A DNA stretch of 64,000 bases, from NCBI GenBank assembly GCA_028023455.1, contig JAQFVV010000009.1:14570001-14634000 (forward strand), read 5' to 3'. Positions 51,230 to 64,000 of the stretch are shown here, one piece after another. The translations under genes and the position numbers were made by a program. Position 1 is the first letter of the stretch. Each line of letters opens with the position of its first letter. The notes below the pieces were generated by a model, which was not told the DNA's origin, did no database searches, and was given only the letters and a program-made list of their open reading frames with translations. Source of the DNA: Epiperipatus broadwayi. Lineage: Eukaryota > Animalia > Onychophora.

Positions 51230-53719
51230 AAAATTTCTATAATGAAAGACAACAAAAGATCCTTGCCTTAGAAGGTTAGACTGACAAAGATCTCTGGCAG
51301 AATATTTATCCATCAAACTGGTTCAGAGATTTCTATCCAACAAGTGGTGTTGGTCTAATAGTCACATCCAATGGGTACTGGGGGTGAGGAATAAGAAAGC
51401 CATACCACAATTATTATCAATAAAGGACAGTACAGGTACAGAGATGATAAATATTATTTGGCAACATTTTCAAGCAAGGCTTCAATCACAAAAGAGTGGG
51501 GATATCAGCAAAGTCATATATCTTAATCCAGATAGTTCTCATGATATAACTTTGGAGAAGATATGGCTTAAGATTAGGAGTCTCCCAGAAATAATTCATC
51601 CAGGAGCACATGGAATACTGAAATTTGTCCTTCTTTATTTGGAAAGATTCAGCACCCATAATCAAAGCCTTGATTGATCACCTGACACAGGATTATAGAA
51701 AGATCAAAAACTTTATACCCGATATCCCTCATTCCATTTTTAAAAAAGAAAGAGGCAGCCTCTGATCTAAACAACCTAAGGCTCATTTTGATGATCCCCC
51801 TATTAATTAAAATAATTGAGCAGCTAATAAAAGATCAATTACAAAACAAAATTCTTAACTTTATTTCTAATGATTGATATGCTAAGAATGGGCAAATATT
51901 GATTAATGACATCAGCCAAATAAAACTCCTTTTAGATTACATTAGGGCCAAAAAAATGTCCAAGCTGATGCAGTCAAACAGAATATTGAGACAGCATTTG
52001 ACTTTATCAGACCAAACATTCTGATAGACATCCTCCAAAAATATGAGATGTCGAGGGTCTACCTTAAAATAATTGCCAACTTACTAACAAATAGATCTAT
52101 ATTTATCACAATGAATGGAAAAGTTGCTCCTGGATTTGATCCTTTCATCTTGATTCCTCAGGGATTTCTGCTCAGTGCACTTTTATTTATAGCATATATT
52201 AATCGCTGAGAGAGATTGAAAGGGACACCTCCAGAAGTACATGTTCTTGTCATCAGACAGAAAATAAGGCACATAAGTTATATGGATGATATACTTGTCT
52301 GTCTCTCTTCCAGCAAGTATATACCCAAATTAGAAGAAATTTTATCCAATTATACCAACAATTTCAAATTGAAATTTATCGTGATCAAATCTACCACATA
52401 GAAATTGCTAAACAAAAAGAAAATCAAATCAAATTTCATGGAAAATCTGCAAAAATTTTTAGGTTTTGACTTTTACAACTCAAATGGATTGATGAGGCAC
52501 CAAATTTAAAAATCACTACTAAGCTCAATACAATGGACAATCACTTCACTTACCAGGCTATATATCTCATTACGAGGTAAAGTCACCCTACTCAACTCAC
52601 TGGTGTTTGTGAAAATCACCTATTTTCTGGCTGGGATATGCCCAACCAAAAAATTCACTCAAAAAGTAAATGCCTTTTGTACTAAACTGTTTTGGGGATG
52701 AAAGGTCACCGCTATCACTCTGTGGACATTTCTAACACCAAGAAGATTTAATGGCCTCTTGCTCCATTCTATTAAAACACTAATTATACAAAATAACTAT
52801 AGCTCACTATTTAATATAATAAACAAGTACTCAACCTTATCATTCAAAGAAGATATCAATCCTATGGACCAGCCCCCACCAGCTAACAACAAGTGGATTA
52901 GCTCTTTATATACAAATATTCAAAAAGTAATTGATATAAAAGAAAACCCAATCACAAATAAAATAAAATACTGGACAGCACATAAATTACTAAATGGAGA
53001 AAAATACATAAACAACAGAAAATTGGACATCACCAATCAGTAACTGATATATAAATCTCATTATTGATTCATCAAACCAAAGTACTAAGACTTTATAATC
53101 AAATATAACCTGGACTCCCTTCCCATGAATGCCTACCTGGCACCACTGAAGAAATGTAAAGAAGATAGACCCTATGTGCCAGATGTTTGGCAGGGAAGAG
53201 AAGTTCATTGATTACATATTTATAAGATGTAATAAATGAAATTACCATAGAATGTTTTCCACAAGATGGATAAATAACCCATTTGGGTAATTTATACCCA
53301 TTAAATGGTGCATCAATCAAGGTGTTTATGCAGAAATAAGGCTTACAATCTTCATGTACTTTGCATTATGGTGCATACGATGTAAAATAATTATTGGGAA
53401 ATTGGTAGATCCAAAGAGAATGAAAGTAAAAAAAAAAAATCATAGAAAAAATCAAACAAAGAGATAATCTAATAGCTCCAGATTACTTGGTACACGCTAC
53501 TTGGAGAAACTTCAAATAAAGAAAATAGTCACTAAATCTACAGAATTGAGCTGCTGATGAGGCAACTACATATATAGAAGTAAATACATTAAAGATGAAT
53601 GATTTACATCTGAAACCGTAGTTGAACAAAATAAACAATTTATATTATACTGTAATAGCATGTAATAGTAAAATGTACATTTATATCCATAATAAATTTA
53701 TCTTAATAAAAAAAAAAAA
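51230..53719 (+). mobile_element. 5'-truncated Tx1/L1-clade LINE (ORF2 RT and C-terminus, poly(A) tail)
   Basis: IHPGAHGI, LIPFLKK...NNLRLILMIPLLIKIIE, ISYMDDIL (ORF 52216-52401), KFLGFDF, ISLRGKVTLLNSLV, DPMCQMFGREEKFIDYIFIRC zinc-finger remnant, A-run 53708-53719. No TSD found. Confidence 0.85.
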
Positions 53720-55002
53720 TTAAAAGTTACTGCTGATAGGATTAAATATTTAGACTGATTGGTGTTTTAAAGTAATTGTCTTTTGAGAAAAGATGTGATG
53801 TTATCGTTTATATAAAATTTTATATACATTGAACTGGCAGATGTATTTGAAATTCAAAAATGATGTACATCAATGAAAGTATACATTGTATTTATAGAAT
53901 TTTCATATATTGGGTGTATTTGTAAAAGTCATTATACATACTTGTTCAGTGTAAAATATTTTTGAAGTGTGATCATAATTGAAATTAATAACTTATAAAT
54001 ATAAATATGATTCCATTGTTCATAAATATATTTTGTAAAGTTATTTTTTATTTATATAAACTGTTTGCTTTTCTTTCTTATGTATTATACCAGATCAAAT
54101 ATATAAACAATAAATAAAAGTTATTTTTAAAAAAATCACTAACATTAATGAAGTCTGTTATTAAATATCAATAATCTCACATTTTATATAACTAATTTGA
54201 ATCATATGCATAACAATCTTTAGCCTAGTAAAAGGTTATTAAGTTGATATATATTAGGCAAATCATTATTAAGATTTGTGCAAGAGTTGTATTATAATCT
54301 AATAAAATACAGTAAATAAAATAATTAAGCAAATGAGATGTTTTGATGAACTGCACTGACAAAATTAGTTCAGCAGAAATACCTCTTGGAGATAATGTTT
54401 TTTTTCTGATATCTTTATTTATGTGTTTGAAAGACAATAATAGTGAGATGAAAGTTTTCACATATATACAATCTTTTATGCATAGTTTAGAAATATCTAA
54501 ATTTATTTGTTTATTTAAAAAATGCATATTTATCTATTTGTAAAATTTATTAAAAAGTTGTTTTTATTGGACAAATAATATCTTATAATATACTGTAATA
54601 ATTTTTTTAATCTTTTAATTCTACATATCATAAAAAATATTATCGCTTTTGTGTCGTTAATGAGAACGTTCATTTTCTTACTTTGAATTTTGGGTTTGTA
54701 AGTAAACGGGAAGTCAGCCACAAGTAGTGAGTTTATTGGAGAGTAAAGATTTTTTAACAGGGAAATGTTAAAGGAGAAGATAAATTACTGGGGCCTTTTA
54801 TCAGCGAATAATTAAATGAATTAGACAATGTGACTATGGGCTAGCTATAAAAAAAAGGTGCTCAAGATTTACTCAGTTTTGAACTTTAAACTTGGAGACA
54901 TGGTAGGCAGAATTTATTTATGTACTATACACACATGATAAATGAAGACCAAAATGAGTGTGCATCAATTAAATGAAAAATATTTAATTTTAATTATATT
55001 AT

Positions 55003-55027
55003 TCTCTCTCTCTCTCTCTCTCTCTCT
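55003..55027. repeat. (TC)n microsatellite
   Basis: Direct reading. Confidence 0.95.
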
Positions 55028-57679
55028 TACTTATTAGAAGAATCCAGCGTTTGACTTCAGTGTGAATATCAACTTAAATAATTAAGACATTGTTTCATGC
55101 ACGCGCACACATATGTGCCTATATATATGTGTGTGTGTATAAATGTAATGAGAATATAGCATTCAGGTAGATAAGCACTTACTTTTAAAACATTATATAC
55201 GTTGTGCAAGACTTTATTAACTAAATATTGTACACGTTTGATTATACAATATATATTTATGTTATTAAAATAAATTATAGATATACTTCTGTTAGACTTT
55301 TTCCTCGGTGTTAACATAAATAAAACAACTTCCTTTAATATATTTCGGATTAAGCAATCATTTTCTGCTTGTACTTTCTACTGAATTGTTAAGATTTTCT
55401 TCTTCACTGGTTTTATAGCTTTGTATTTTAAGATGTAAATTTTTTCACTTCATGCTCCATGTTGAACTAATTTTATAATTCCCATCACCTGTAGGAACTT
55501 TTCAAGCTTAACATTTTCTTTTAAATTACTTTTAACAGGACTTTCAATGAATTCTTTCTTATAGATTAGTTATCCTTGATAACCATGACATAATTACCTT
55601 GTTTTTAACTCAAATGTGGAATTTCAATTTATTTTTGAATAGTGAATGAGAATTCTCTACTATAAAACACCCTCATCAATTTCTCAAGAGCACTGAAAAA
55701 GAAAGCAAAGAAAACTTTCCCATCATTTCTTATTAATAAGAATGTTAAAAAGTTTGCTTCTTTTAAACAGGTTTATTATGGAGCAGCCGCTTTTGACCGT
55801 GATTACTTCATTAGAGCAGCCAACTCATTTTTTATCCCTTAATATAGATCTGTACATTTGAATAATAAATTACAACTCTCAGATAATGATAAAGAATTCC
55901 AATGCGATAGAATTATTATTTTTTTAAATAAAGAAATAAATGTGAAAATAATTTCATCCACGCATGGCGCAAATCTTTTATTATTATAAAATATATCTTT
56001 TTGCATTGAGCAACTTATAAATTGAAGGAAATTTTTTAATGTTAAAAATTATTTGTTTAAGCATAAAGAGTACCATTTATATGTACATATGACAAGCATT
56101 TTGAGACTATTTTTAAAGCGTCTTTTATTTATCTATTTTTAAACTAAGGTTATCTTAATTAATAAATAATTATATCCAGTAATCACTTTGTAAAAGTTAA
56201 ATCAAAAAATCTAAAAATGTTGCTATGGAATAATCTTTTTCTTGATTTGATCACTATGATGCAATATTGTAAATATTCTGTTTGTTTTATTCGTAATTGA
56301 ACCTTGACCTTTGGCTTAGTAATCTGATAACATGCCAGTGGTTCAACATCTTAGGGTTTGCATGAACAATTACTAACCTAGGTTCATTACATAGAAAATT
56401 AATTCAAGTTTATAATGCTTTTTTAAATAATAAAATAAGTTGTCTTAAGAAATTGGTAAATATTGGGAAACCATCACTAATAATAAAATTAAATGTTTTC
56501 ATTAGATTATAAAGCCATATTGCTAATCATCTCAATATCCTTTTAACAAATTTACTTATACTAAAAGATTTTCATATTTCATTCGATTGATAAATTGATA
56601 AATTTATTTTAAGTGATAATTAAATTTATTTTACTATATATATATATGCATGTGTGTCAAGTGAGTTATATTTTTATTTAACACTTTACATGAGAAACTA
56701 TTCATTAACAATAATAAAAACAGTACTAAGAAGTTGACAGTGTGCCATTTACATTTAAATTTGAATGATCTTGACATTTTCATCTGGTAAAAATTAACTG
56801 ACTTAGATTTTTTGTAAAATTAAGCATGGGCATAAAATGAATGGTCATTCATCATCTGACTACTTACTTCCTTGTTATGATTGTCTTAAATAAAAAAAAT
56901 ATTTTTATTTATCATTTTTATCTTAAATCTAATAAAAATGTTAAATATTCTTGTGTTTTTTAAACATACATAGACTAAAATGTATTAAAGAACCTCTTTT
57001 AAAAGAGTCATCTGATTGTCCAGTAGAAATTGGAAGAAAAAACACAGAATTATAACTTTGTCAAAGGAATTCTTTACAGAAATATAGAACTTGATCTAAG
57101 GTTTATTATATGCAATGTTGTAGTACAATATTCAGATCTACATATTTTCAATGCACCAGATCAATATAAAGAACTTCAAGAAGAAAAAAATGAATGGAAT
57201 GTGATGTAGTTTCAATATCAAACTACCTAAATTTTATTATTTTATGAAATGCATAAAAATAAAAGTAGTTTTATTTGGAAAAGTCAAAATTTAGCATTAT
57301 ACATCTGTTCAATTTAGGATCAAATTAAAATGATATTCTGCTTATTACATTATGATGAACCAATTAAAATGAGTTTTATTTAAAAGAATATATACAGTAT
57401 AGTCTGAATAAAAGTAAAAATAAGTATACTATATTAAGGAAATTATATATTGTTAATCCATGACTTTGCTTTCTTAATTCTTTTTCTCACAAAAATGCGA
57501 TATTAATTTTTTTAATATCTATTGAAAAATGTTCACAATAACTATCTAATACATAAAATTTATAAAATATTAAATGATTCATAAACATATCATAAAAAAT
57601 CAACAAAATTATAATAATGAACATTAAATAAAAATAATAAAAATGTAAACACTATTAATTATTTTAAATGTATTCATAA

Positions 57680-58140
57680 ATCTCACTCTTTAGTCAAATT
57701 GTAATCTTTAATGTCTGTATAAACATATTAGACCCTAGATAAAGATAGTTATCCACCTTTATTGTAAAAAAAAAAAAAAAGATTGCCTTGACAACATATT
57801 GAGATTGTTGATTGTTATTGATATTAATATTGTTTAACCGTAAACTGCTTTCATGTATTTATAATTATTTATAAATATATTTACCTTTGCATATTATTAG
57901 CTTTATTATCTAAGTAATTTTAAAATTATAAATGACTGTTTATTAGTCTGTCTCAAAACAGGTTATATTTGCCTGTTTAATAAGGTTAATTTAAACATTT
58001 TTGAATTAATAATCTCACTCTCTTTAGTCAGTGTCAATATAAACATATAATTGAGATTGATGATTGTTATTGATATTGGTAGTATTTAAGGGTGGACTAT
58101 TTTTATGTATTTACATTTATTCATAAATTATATATTTAAA
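57680..58140. repeat. Degenerate direct duplication (~330-bp period)
   Basis: AATCTCACTC..TTTAGTCA and ATTGAGATTG.TGATTGTTATTGATATT recur at ~57680-57890 and ~58011-58140. Confidence 0.7.
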
Positions 58141-58378
58141 TATATGTTTTAATATTAAATATTTTTTAAAAAAATAAATATATTCTGTACTAAATAATAA
58201 CTACAATGAACTATATATATTGAGATAAAGGTTTATTCATTCAATGATCACCCATGTGATCTTCCCTTTGGCAGTGAGCTGGTTTACAATTATTGTGAAG
58301 ATATCTAATAAAAATAGTATTTCAAAATCTTAAAAAAAAATTATAATGTACTTACCTTAAAATAAATAAATTATTGAA

Positions 58379-58409
<31 letters not shown>

Positions 58410-58429
58410 ATGGTAGCACTAGCAGTAGC

Positions 58430-58475
<46 letters not shown>

Positions 58476-58498
58476 ATAATAATCATCATCAGTAGTAG
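58379..58498. repeat. Compound (AGT)n microsatellite
   Basis: Direct reading; interrupted by GGT, AAT, AGC and CAT units. Confidence 0.95.
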
Positions 58499-59660
58499 AG
58501 AAATTTTAGAATAAATTATTAAAATTAATAAGTAATGCTGAAATTTTATAAGAGATTGTTAAAAGTCATGTTTTTAAATAAGTATTCAAAAAAATAATAG
58601 GTTTTATTATGACTAAATTTAAGAGAAATTAAATAACAAAATAGATTACAGCAGTATAGCTAATTTTTTTATATCAAGGTTAATGCTTAAAAGAATGTAT
58701 GTTTGAATGAGTTGTTTTCTACAAAAATATCATCATTAAATAAATTATTATTAAGGAAAATATATTAAAAATAAGACAATTAAAAGATTAAGACTAGTTT
58801 GAATTTTAAACTACCATTTTTTTTTTGTTTGGAGATAAGAGATTTGAAACAAGATAAAAATTCAATCAATTAAATAATTAGGGTATTTTAAAAAATAAAT
58901 ATAATTAAAATAAACTCTCATCTAGTTTAAGTAAAATATGAAGGTCATCAAGGTGTTGTAAAACAAGAAATCAATAAATATATAGTCTGGGATTTCTTGA
59001 AATTATTATTCTTGATTCTAGCTTTATACACACTTCATTTTATTTTGTATCATCATAATTATGATCACCTAAAAAGAGGAAAACCACTGGCCACCTGAAG
59101 TCTAAATTGGATTCACATTGATAAACCTGATCAAGCTATTTTAAAGAAATCTCTATTCTACATGAAGAAAAAAAATGCTTAAATGTCAAATAATTTCAAG
59201 AATGTATTTTATACAGAACTACATATCTGAGGAGAATTATTACCATGAGTCTAGAAAACTGATAAAATACAGTATAGTGACTGGAAAAAAAAACACATGA
59301 TAGCAAAATAAATCAATTAATGCATACCATCAAGGAAGAAATATTAGCCTAAATAGAAATCCTCACAACAAACTGTAAAAAAAATTCTGGCTACAAAACT
59401 TTATGCTATGGTTTGATATTTATATGTAAATAAAAAAACCTTTTTTTGATTAGACTGATCATCTAAAGTCTTCACCATTTTAAATTTTATTTTATGACAA
59501 TTTCTTCAAATACATTATGGTTAACTACATTTTATTAGGTATAGCTATTTATATGTATATGGCAAATTATTTAACTGATTGATTAAAAAGGAAAGTAAAT
59601 GTTTTGTTAAAATATATGTCAGCACTTGTTTAGCATATATATATATATGAAGAAAATTTA

Positions 59661-59806
59661 TTTAGCATCAGGAAGATTGTTAATTAATAATAATTGATAC
59701 TTTCCTGACTACATCAAAGGCAAAAGTTATCTCTGTTTACATGGATAAAATTTCTTTATTTCTGTTTTTATTAGAATAACAATCCATAGAAAATGTTTAA
59801 TTCAAT
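59661..59806. repeat. Third copy of the ~145-bp dispersed repeat
   Basis: Aligns by eye to 894-1038 and 1216-1360 in the same orientation. Confidence 0.75.
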
Positions 59807-60859
59807 ATATATATATATATATTCTAGCTATGTTTAATACAGATACATTACAAAATTTGCTTCATTATTTTGTTTTATATATACAATATTAGATGAAATT
59901 TTATCTATTTTAAAAATATAAGGTTTTCTTCTCAGTGAATATGTAGGTTCAAGAAAATAACCAGTAAAAAGCATTAATCATTTTTTAAATACAAAAAATA
60001 TACATGCATGTGAAAATATTTAATGTGGTGTTTCTACATGTTAGAAATGATGAGTTCTAGTATGATTATTATTTTAAATGATCAAGCATCTTGGACTTGA
60101 ATTCACCCTTGTGTTAATTGTCATGAATATTTATATGCATTAAAAAATTTAATATAAATGCAGTTGTTTGATCATTACTCTGAATGGTAAAATTATACTC
60201 TATCTATATTCTGAATTTATTCAGTTTTATTTTTTCTGAAGTTAGATTCAAAAAGACCACCTCAGTTAATTAAGTCTGAGTTATTATTAAAAAGGCATTC
60301 TGACCTAAAGTGACAACTCTCTAGAATTTTGCATTGAAGATGAACTTAGAATTCAAATTTCATATTAAGTATATATGTATTTCAGCTATGAAGCTAAAGG
60401 CAGAAATAAATCTTATATTTGTGAAAGTCAATCATACACAGGATTATATCCATGGTGTATTAAAGGCCTGCAATTTTGTTCAAGAAAGAGTACTAAATCA
60501 TATAAATTATGTTGGTATTATAATATGTACTTAAAAGAGAGATATATAAAAATTAATCAAGGTAAACCTTGGTCATTTTACAAAAATTAAGATTATTAAT
60601 ATAATGTTTCATATTTATTTTTCAAATATGTGCAGGTGAATCATAAGTTAAAAGATAAATTGAGAAATGGCTATTAAATAAATCATTATCATTCAAATAA
60701 ATTTATTTCAATAAATTATAACCATAAAAGTAGTCAAATTATAAGGAAAATTTTCAGGAATTAATAGTATTTAATAAATTTCTGATATTATGTAGTTGGT
60801 AATTGAAGTAAATCTATAGTAAACAAATATTATATATTTTATATTAATTATGATATTTT

Positions 60860-61260
60860 GTGAATAAATTTTTTTTTTTACTCATTCAAATAGGATGAGT
60901 TTTACTTCTTTATATCATAATTTGTCTGGTCCATATTTTAATTCCATGTCCATTCCATGGGAGTAGTTCATGTTCTACACAATTTGACTAGATATTTCAA
61001 ATGGTGGTTATGTAGTGGTCATCATTATCATATTTCAAGGAAAATATCTTTTAATCTTATTAATATACATAAATAAAGCATATGCATCTATGTATTTCCT
61101 GAAAGTATTGTCAGATGAACCTGAATTATTAAACTAAATCAAGTAGACCATTAGAATATATTAGACATTACTAATAAGTTGTTGTTTTTTTCTGAAAATG
61201 GGAAACATTTCACACATCCAACAGATTCTCTTATCAAGACTTTTTTTATGTTCATTTGGG
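60860..61260 (-). mobile_element. piggyBac-like transposase remnant
   Basis: PWNGHGIKIW resembles KP.KWGIK.W; weak LHF.DN-like segment. Confidence 0.3.
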
Positions 61261-61923
61261 AGTTTTTCTTTCCTAATAAAATAAATATTAATTATTAAAT
61301 AATTTATTTTCAATAATTTGTTTTAATAATGACATTTATAGAAATGGAAAAACAAAATATAATAGTTGATTAAAATGAGTCAATTTACTGCACAGGCATA
61401 TGAAAATTGTATATAAAAACATGTATATATAATTGTTTGGCCAATTTCTTTTACAAACTAATATTAGACAAACATACTTTTTTATTCCTATAACTAAAAA
61501 TAGTTTTGAATTAAAACAATGTTATAATGTAAAAATATAATACTTAAAATTATATATACCTCAATTAATCTAGGAATCATTTTAATAATCCGGAATTCTA
61601 GTAAAAATGTCTATTCACTTTTTCTTGTATAAATTTTTTTTTAATGTAAACATTTAGAAAAATTGTCATATCTCATCACCTTATTATGTTTAATATCTCA
61701 TTGGAAAATACATAAAATTATTTAAGAGATGTAATTTCATATCTATAGAATGTACAACTTTTTTTATATACTTTCACAAAATGATTAATTCTAAAATTTG
61801 TTATAAATTTACTATACTGCATTGCAAAAATGCTGTAAAGGTAAGATATTATGTACACATACATGTATGTATATATTACATGCATTATTATTTTGAAAAT
61901 ATTATTTTAAAGGAAAAATAATT

Positions 61924-62212
61924 ATAATTCAAAAAATAAACACTTTTGATGTGCATATTAAGAAAATCTTATTTATTCTTTTATCATAATAGGCTTAATT
62001 TGTTTAGCATAGTATGCTTAGCATGCTTTCAACTAGCTTGTAGTCATTATCGTAGCAGAAAAACTTAAAGTGAATTATATAATTTATTGAACTGAAGATT
62101 TATAATTGAAAGCATGCTAAGCATACTATCATAAATGAATTAAGCATATTATGGTAAAAGAATAAATAAGCTTTTCTTAGTATACACATCAAAAGAGTTA
62201 GTTTTGAATTAC
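61924..62212. mobile_element. MITE with ~105-bp TIRs
   Basis: e.g. ATAGTATGCTTAGCATGCTTTCAA / TTGAAAGCATGCTAAGCATACTAT and CTTTTGATGTG / CACATCAAAAG. Confidence 0.85.
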
Positions 62213-62567
62213 AATTGCTATAAGAAAAGCTAGAAAATTGTACTGAAATTACAAAAACTAATTATCTGCAACATGACATTTCATATGTATGTGTAGGACA
62301 TAAATTTATTTTGCTACATTTATTGAAAAGCAAATTTATTTCACTTAGTTATCAAAAACACCTAACAAAAGCTGCTGAAATTGCTCCATTCAATAGAGAA
62401 TGAATAAGCAATGCATTTTCTTTCTTTTTTTTGTTAATTTTCCTTTTTCTTTTTTTTCATATAAATATTTCATCACCATAATTAATCTATGTTTCAACAC
62501 TACTACTAACTTGTTTTAACATACATGTACACACACAATGCATAATGATATACTGAAATAAATATAC

Positions 62568-62765
62568 AAATATTAAATTACTCCACATGGTTAAGAAATC
62601 CAGTATCGCCCTCTGTGAACTAATATATAAATACATTAAAGTTTGTATTTCAAAATAGCCATCATTTTGAGATGATTATTTTGAAATACAAACTCTAATG
62701 TATTTATATATTAGTTCACAGAGGCGATACTGGATTTCTTAACTATGTGGGGTAATTTAATATTT
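62568..62765. mobile_element. Near-perfect 198-bp hairpin element
   Basis: The arms are reverse complements with few mismatches; loop at ~62665-62672. Confidence 0.9.
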
Positions 62766-62779
62766 ATATACAGCACTAC

Positions 62780-63083
62780 TGTGCATGGTTCACGGTATTA
62801 ATATCCATGACCTCATTGAAAAAATTAAAAGATTGAGTGGAGTTGAGCTGGACATATTGCTAGAAGAGATGATAATAGATGGACAATTGAAATCTTAAAC
62901 TGGATTCCAAGAGATTGTAAAAGACCCAGAAAGAGACCACATGTTAGATGGATGGATGAAATAAGAAAGTGTGCAGGGGTGATGTGGAGAAGAGAAGCTA
63001 AAGATCAGAGAAGATGGATTGAACTTGGAGAGACCTTCATCTTACAGTGGATTGATACTGGTTGATGATGATGATGATGATGA
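62780..63083 (+). mobile_element. 5'-truncated RTE LINE 3' end with (GAT)n tail
   Basis: WS*AGHIARRDDNRWTIEILNWIPRDCKRPRKRPHVRWMDEIRKCAGVMWRREAKDQRRW...FILQWIDTG*, then TGATGATGA repeats. Confidence 0.9.
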
Positions 63084-63739
63084 CTAGCATACAAAAATGA
63101 TGTAACTTTTGCCTGAAGTCCACGAATTTATAGGCTAATTTAGTCAACAATAATTATTTAAAATAAATTTCTATTTATCATGAATGTGAACATTACCAAC
63201 ATGAAATTGACCCAAATTAATATTTTAAGTGCTCATTTTTAATAATCTTGTGATAGATTAAACTCATATTATGTAATATATATGGAATAGTGGCCTATTT
63301 AAGCACAATAAATAATTAATGTGCAAAGATTCACAGCATTATCACCTAATTCCAAGCAAACAAAAAATGAATTTACTTTTTTCTGGAAGCCAAGAATTGG
63401 GAAAGTAATTTAGAAAATAAATATAAGAAGGAAATTTTATTCATTGTTGTTACAAACAATATTAGCTTGAAATAGGCCCAAATTAGTATTCCTATGGCAG
63501 AATCTCTATAAATTTATTATTTTGTGAAAAACTAATTCATCATTAACATTTGTGAATTTTATACTTATTATACAGGATGAAATATTATGCAATATATTTG
63601 TAGTGATGACTTTGCATGCAATTTATATACAGTACTTTGAAAGGTTATATTTATTGTATATGTGTGTCACAAAGTTCTTTAAAATAAGTACTCAGAGACT
63701 CTACCATGAGGATATGAATTTTCATTTTTATAGTTTTAT

Positions 63740-63960
63740 ATTCCTTGACATGGATTCATTTATATTTTTTTTTTCTGACACTGATAATTTACCATGTGTC
63801 TTTAATTTTTTTCCATTTTGTGGCACTCCATATGCATTTTTGGGGATTTGATCTTGTTTTAAATTGAACCAACCATTTACTTACTTTTATTATCTTCTGT
63901 TCCATAATTTATTCAGTCTTGCAATGATGAGAATATCATCTATGTAAAAATTGTTTTTTA
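63740..63960 (-). mobile_element. Gypsy-type RT fragment
   Basis: FYIDDILIIA (YIDD 63935-63946), followed by a KC.W-like motif. Confidence 0.5.
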
Positions 63961-64000
63961 ATTTTTTTTATTTTTTGCTTGGGATACACTTTTTTATAGT

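Noticed and set aside
53554-53624. Hammerhead ribozyme (CTGATGA...GAAAC) in the LINE 3' UTR
   Set aside because: The only good stem (CAACTAC/GTAGTTG) encloses the GAAA instead of closing before it, and stems I and III cannot be formed.
55599-55693. Internal exon on the minus strand (strong acceptor and AAG/GTAATT donor)
   Set aside because: All three frames contain stops.
240-63851. The remaining 60-105-aa ORFs in the track as host genes
   Set aside because: They are rich in I/F/L/K/N/Y as expected from AT-rich random frames, or are antisense to TE ORFs, and show no recognisable domain.

Overview
A very AT-rich window from a eukaryote, most likely an invertebrate animal. I find no intact host protein-coding gene; it reads as a large intron or gene desert filled with transposon debris of different ages. 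Main content: (1) 1.6-11.2 kb, two related Ty3/Gypsy elements fused head-to-head, one LTR interrupted by a 1.16-kb TIR element carrying a telomere-like (CTAACCCTAAAA)n array, then a second LTR family. (2) 15239-22778 (minus), a full-length decayed Tx1/L1-type LINE with an 18-bp target-site duplication, poly(A) tail, CCHC ORF1, APE-RT ORF2 and a nested solo-LTR-like insert; a 5'-truncated relative lies at about 51230-53719 (plus). (3) Many RTE, CR1-like, piggyBac, mariner and hAT remnants, a young TTAA-flanked piggyBac-type MITE and several fold-back elements. (4) An intronless, multiply disabled RDH11/12/13-like short-chain dehydrogenase pseudogene at 48982-50004. Most notable observations: an array of six 16-bp palindromic motifs (ATCAC-N6-GTGAY) behind an LTR-like sequence at 32638-32968; the telomere-repeat TIR element with an apparent 6-bp TSD; and a CpG mosaic (old TEs depleted, young TEs and some unique islands not), which suggests TE-directed methylation. 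All assignments come from manual motif reading, without database searches.
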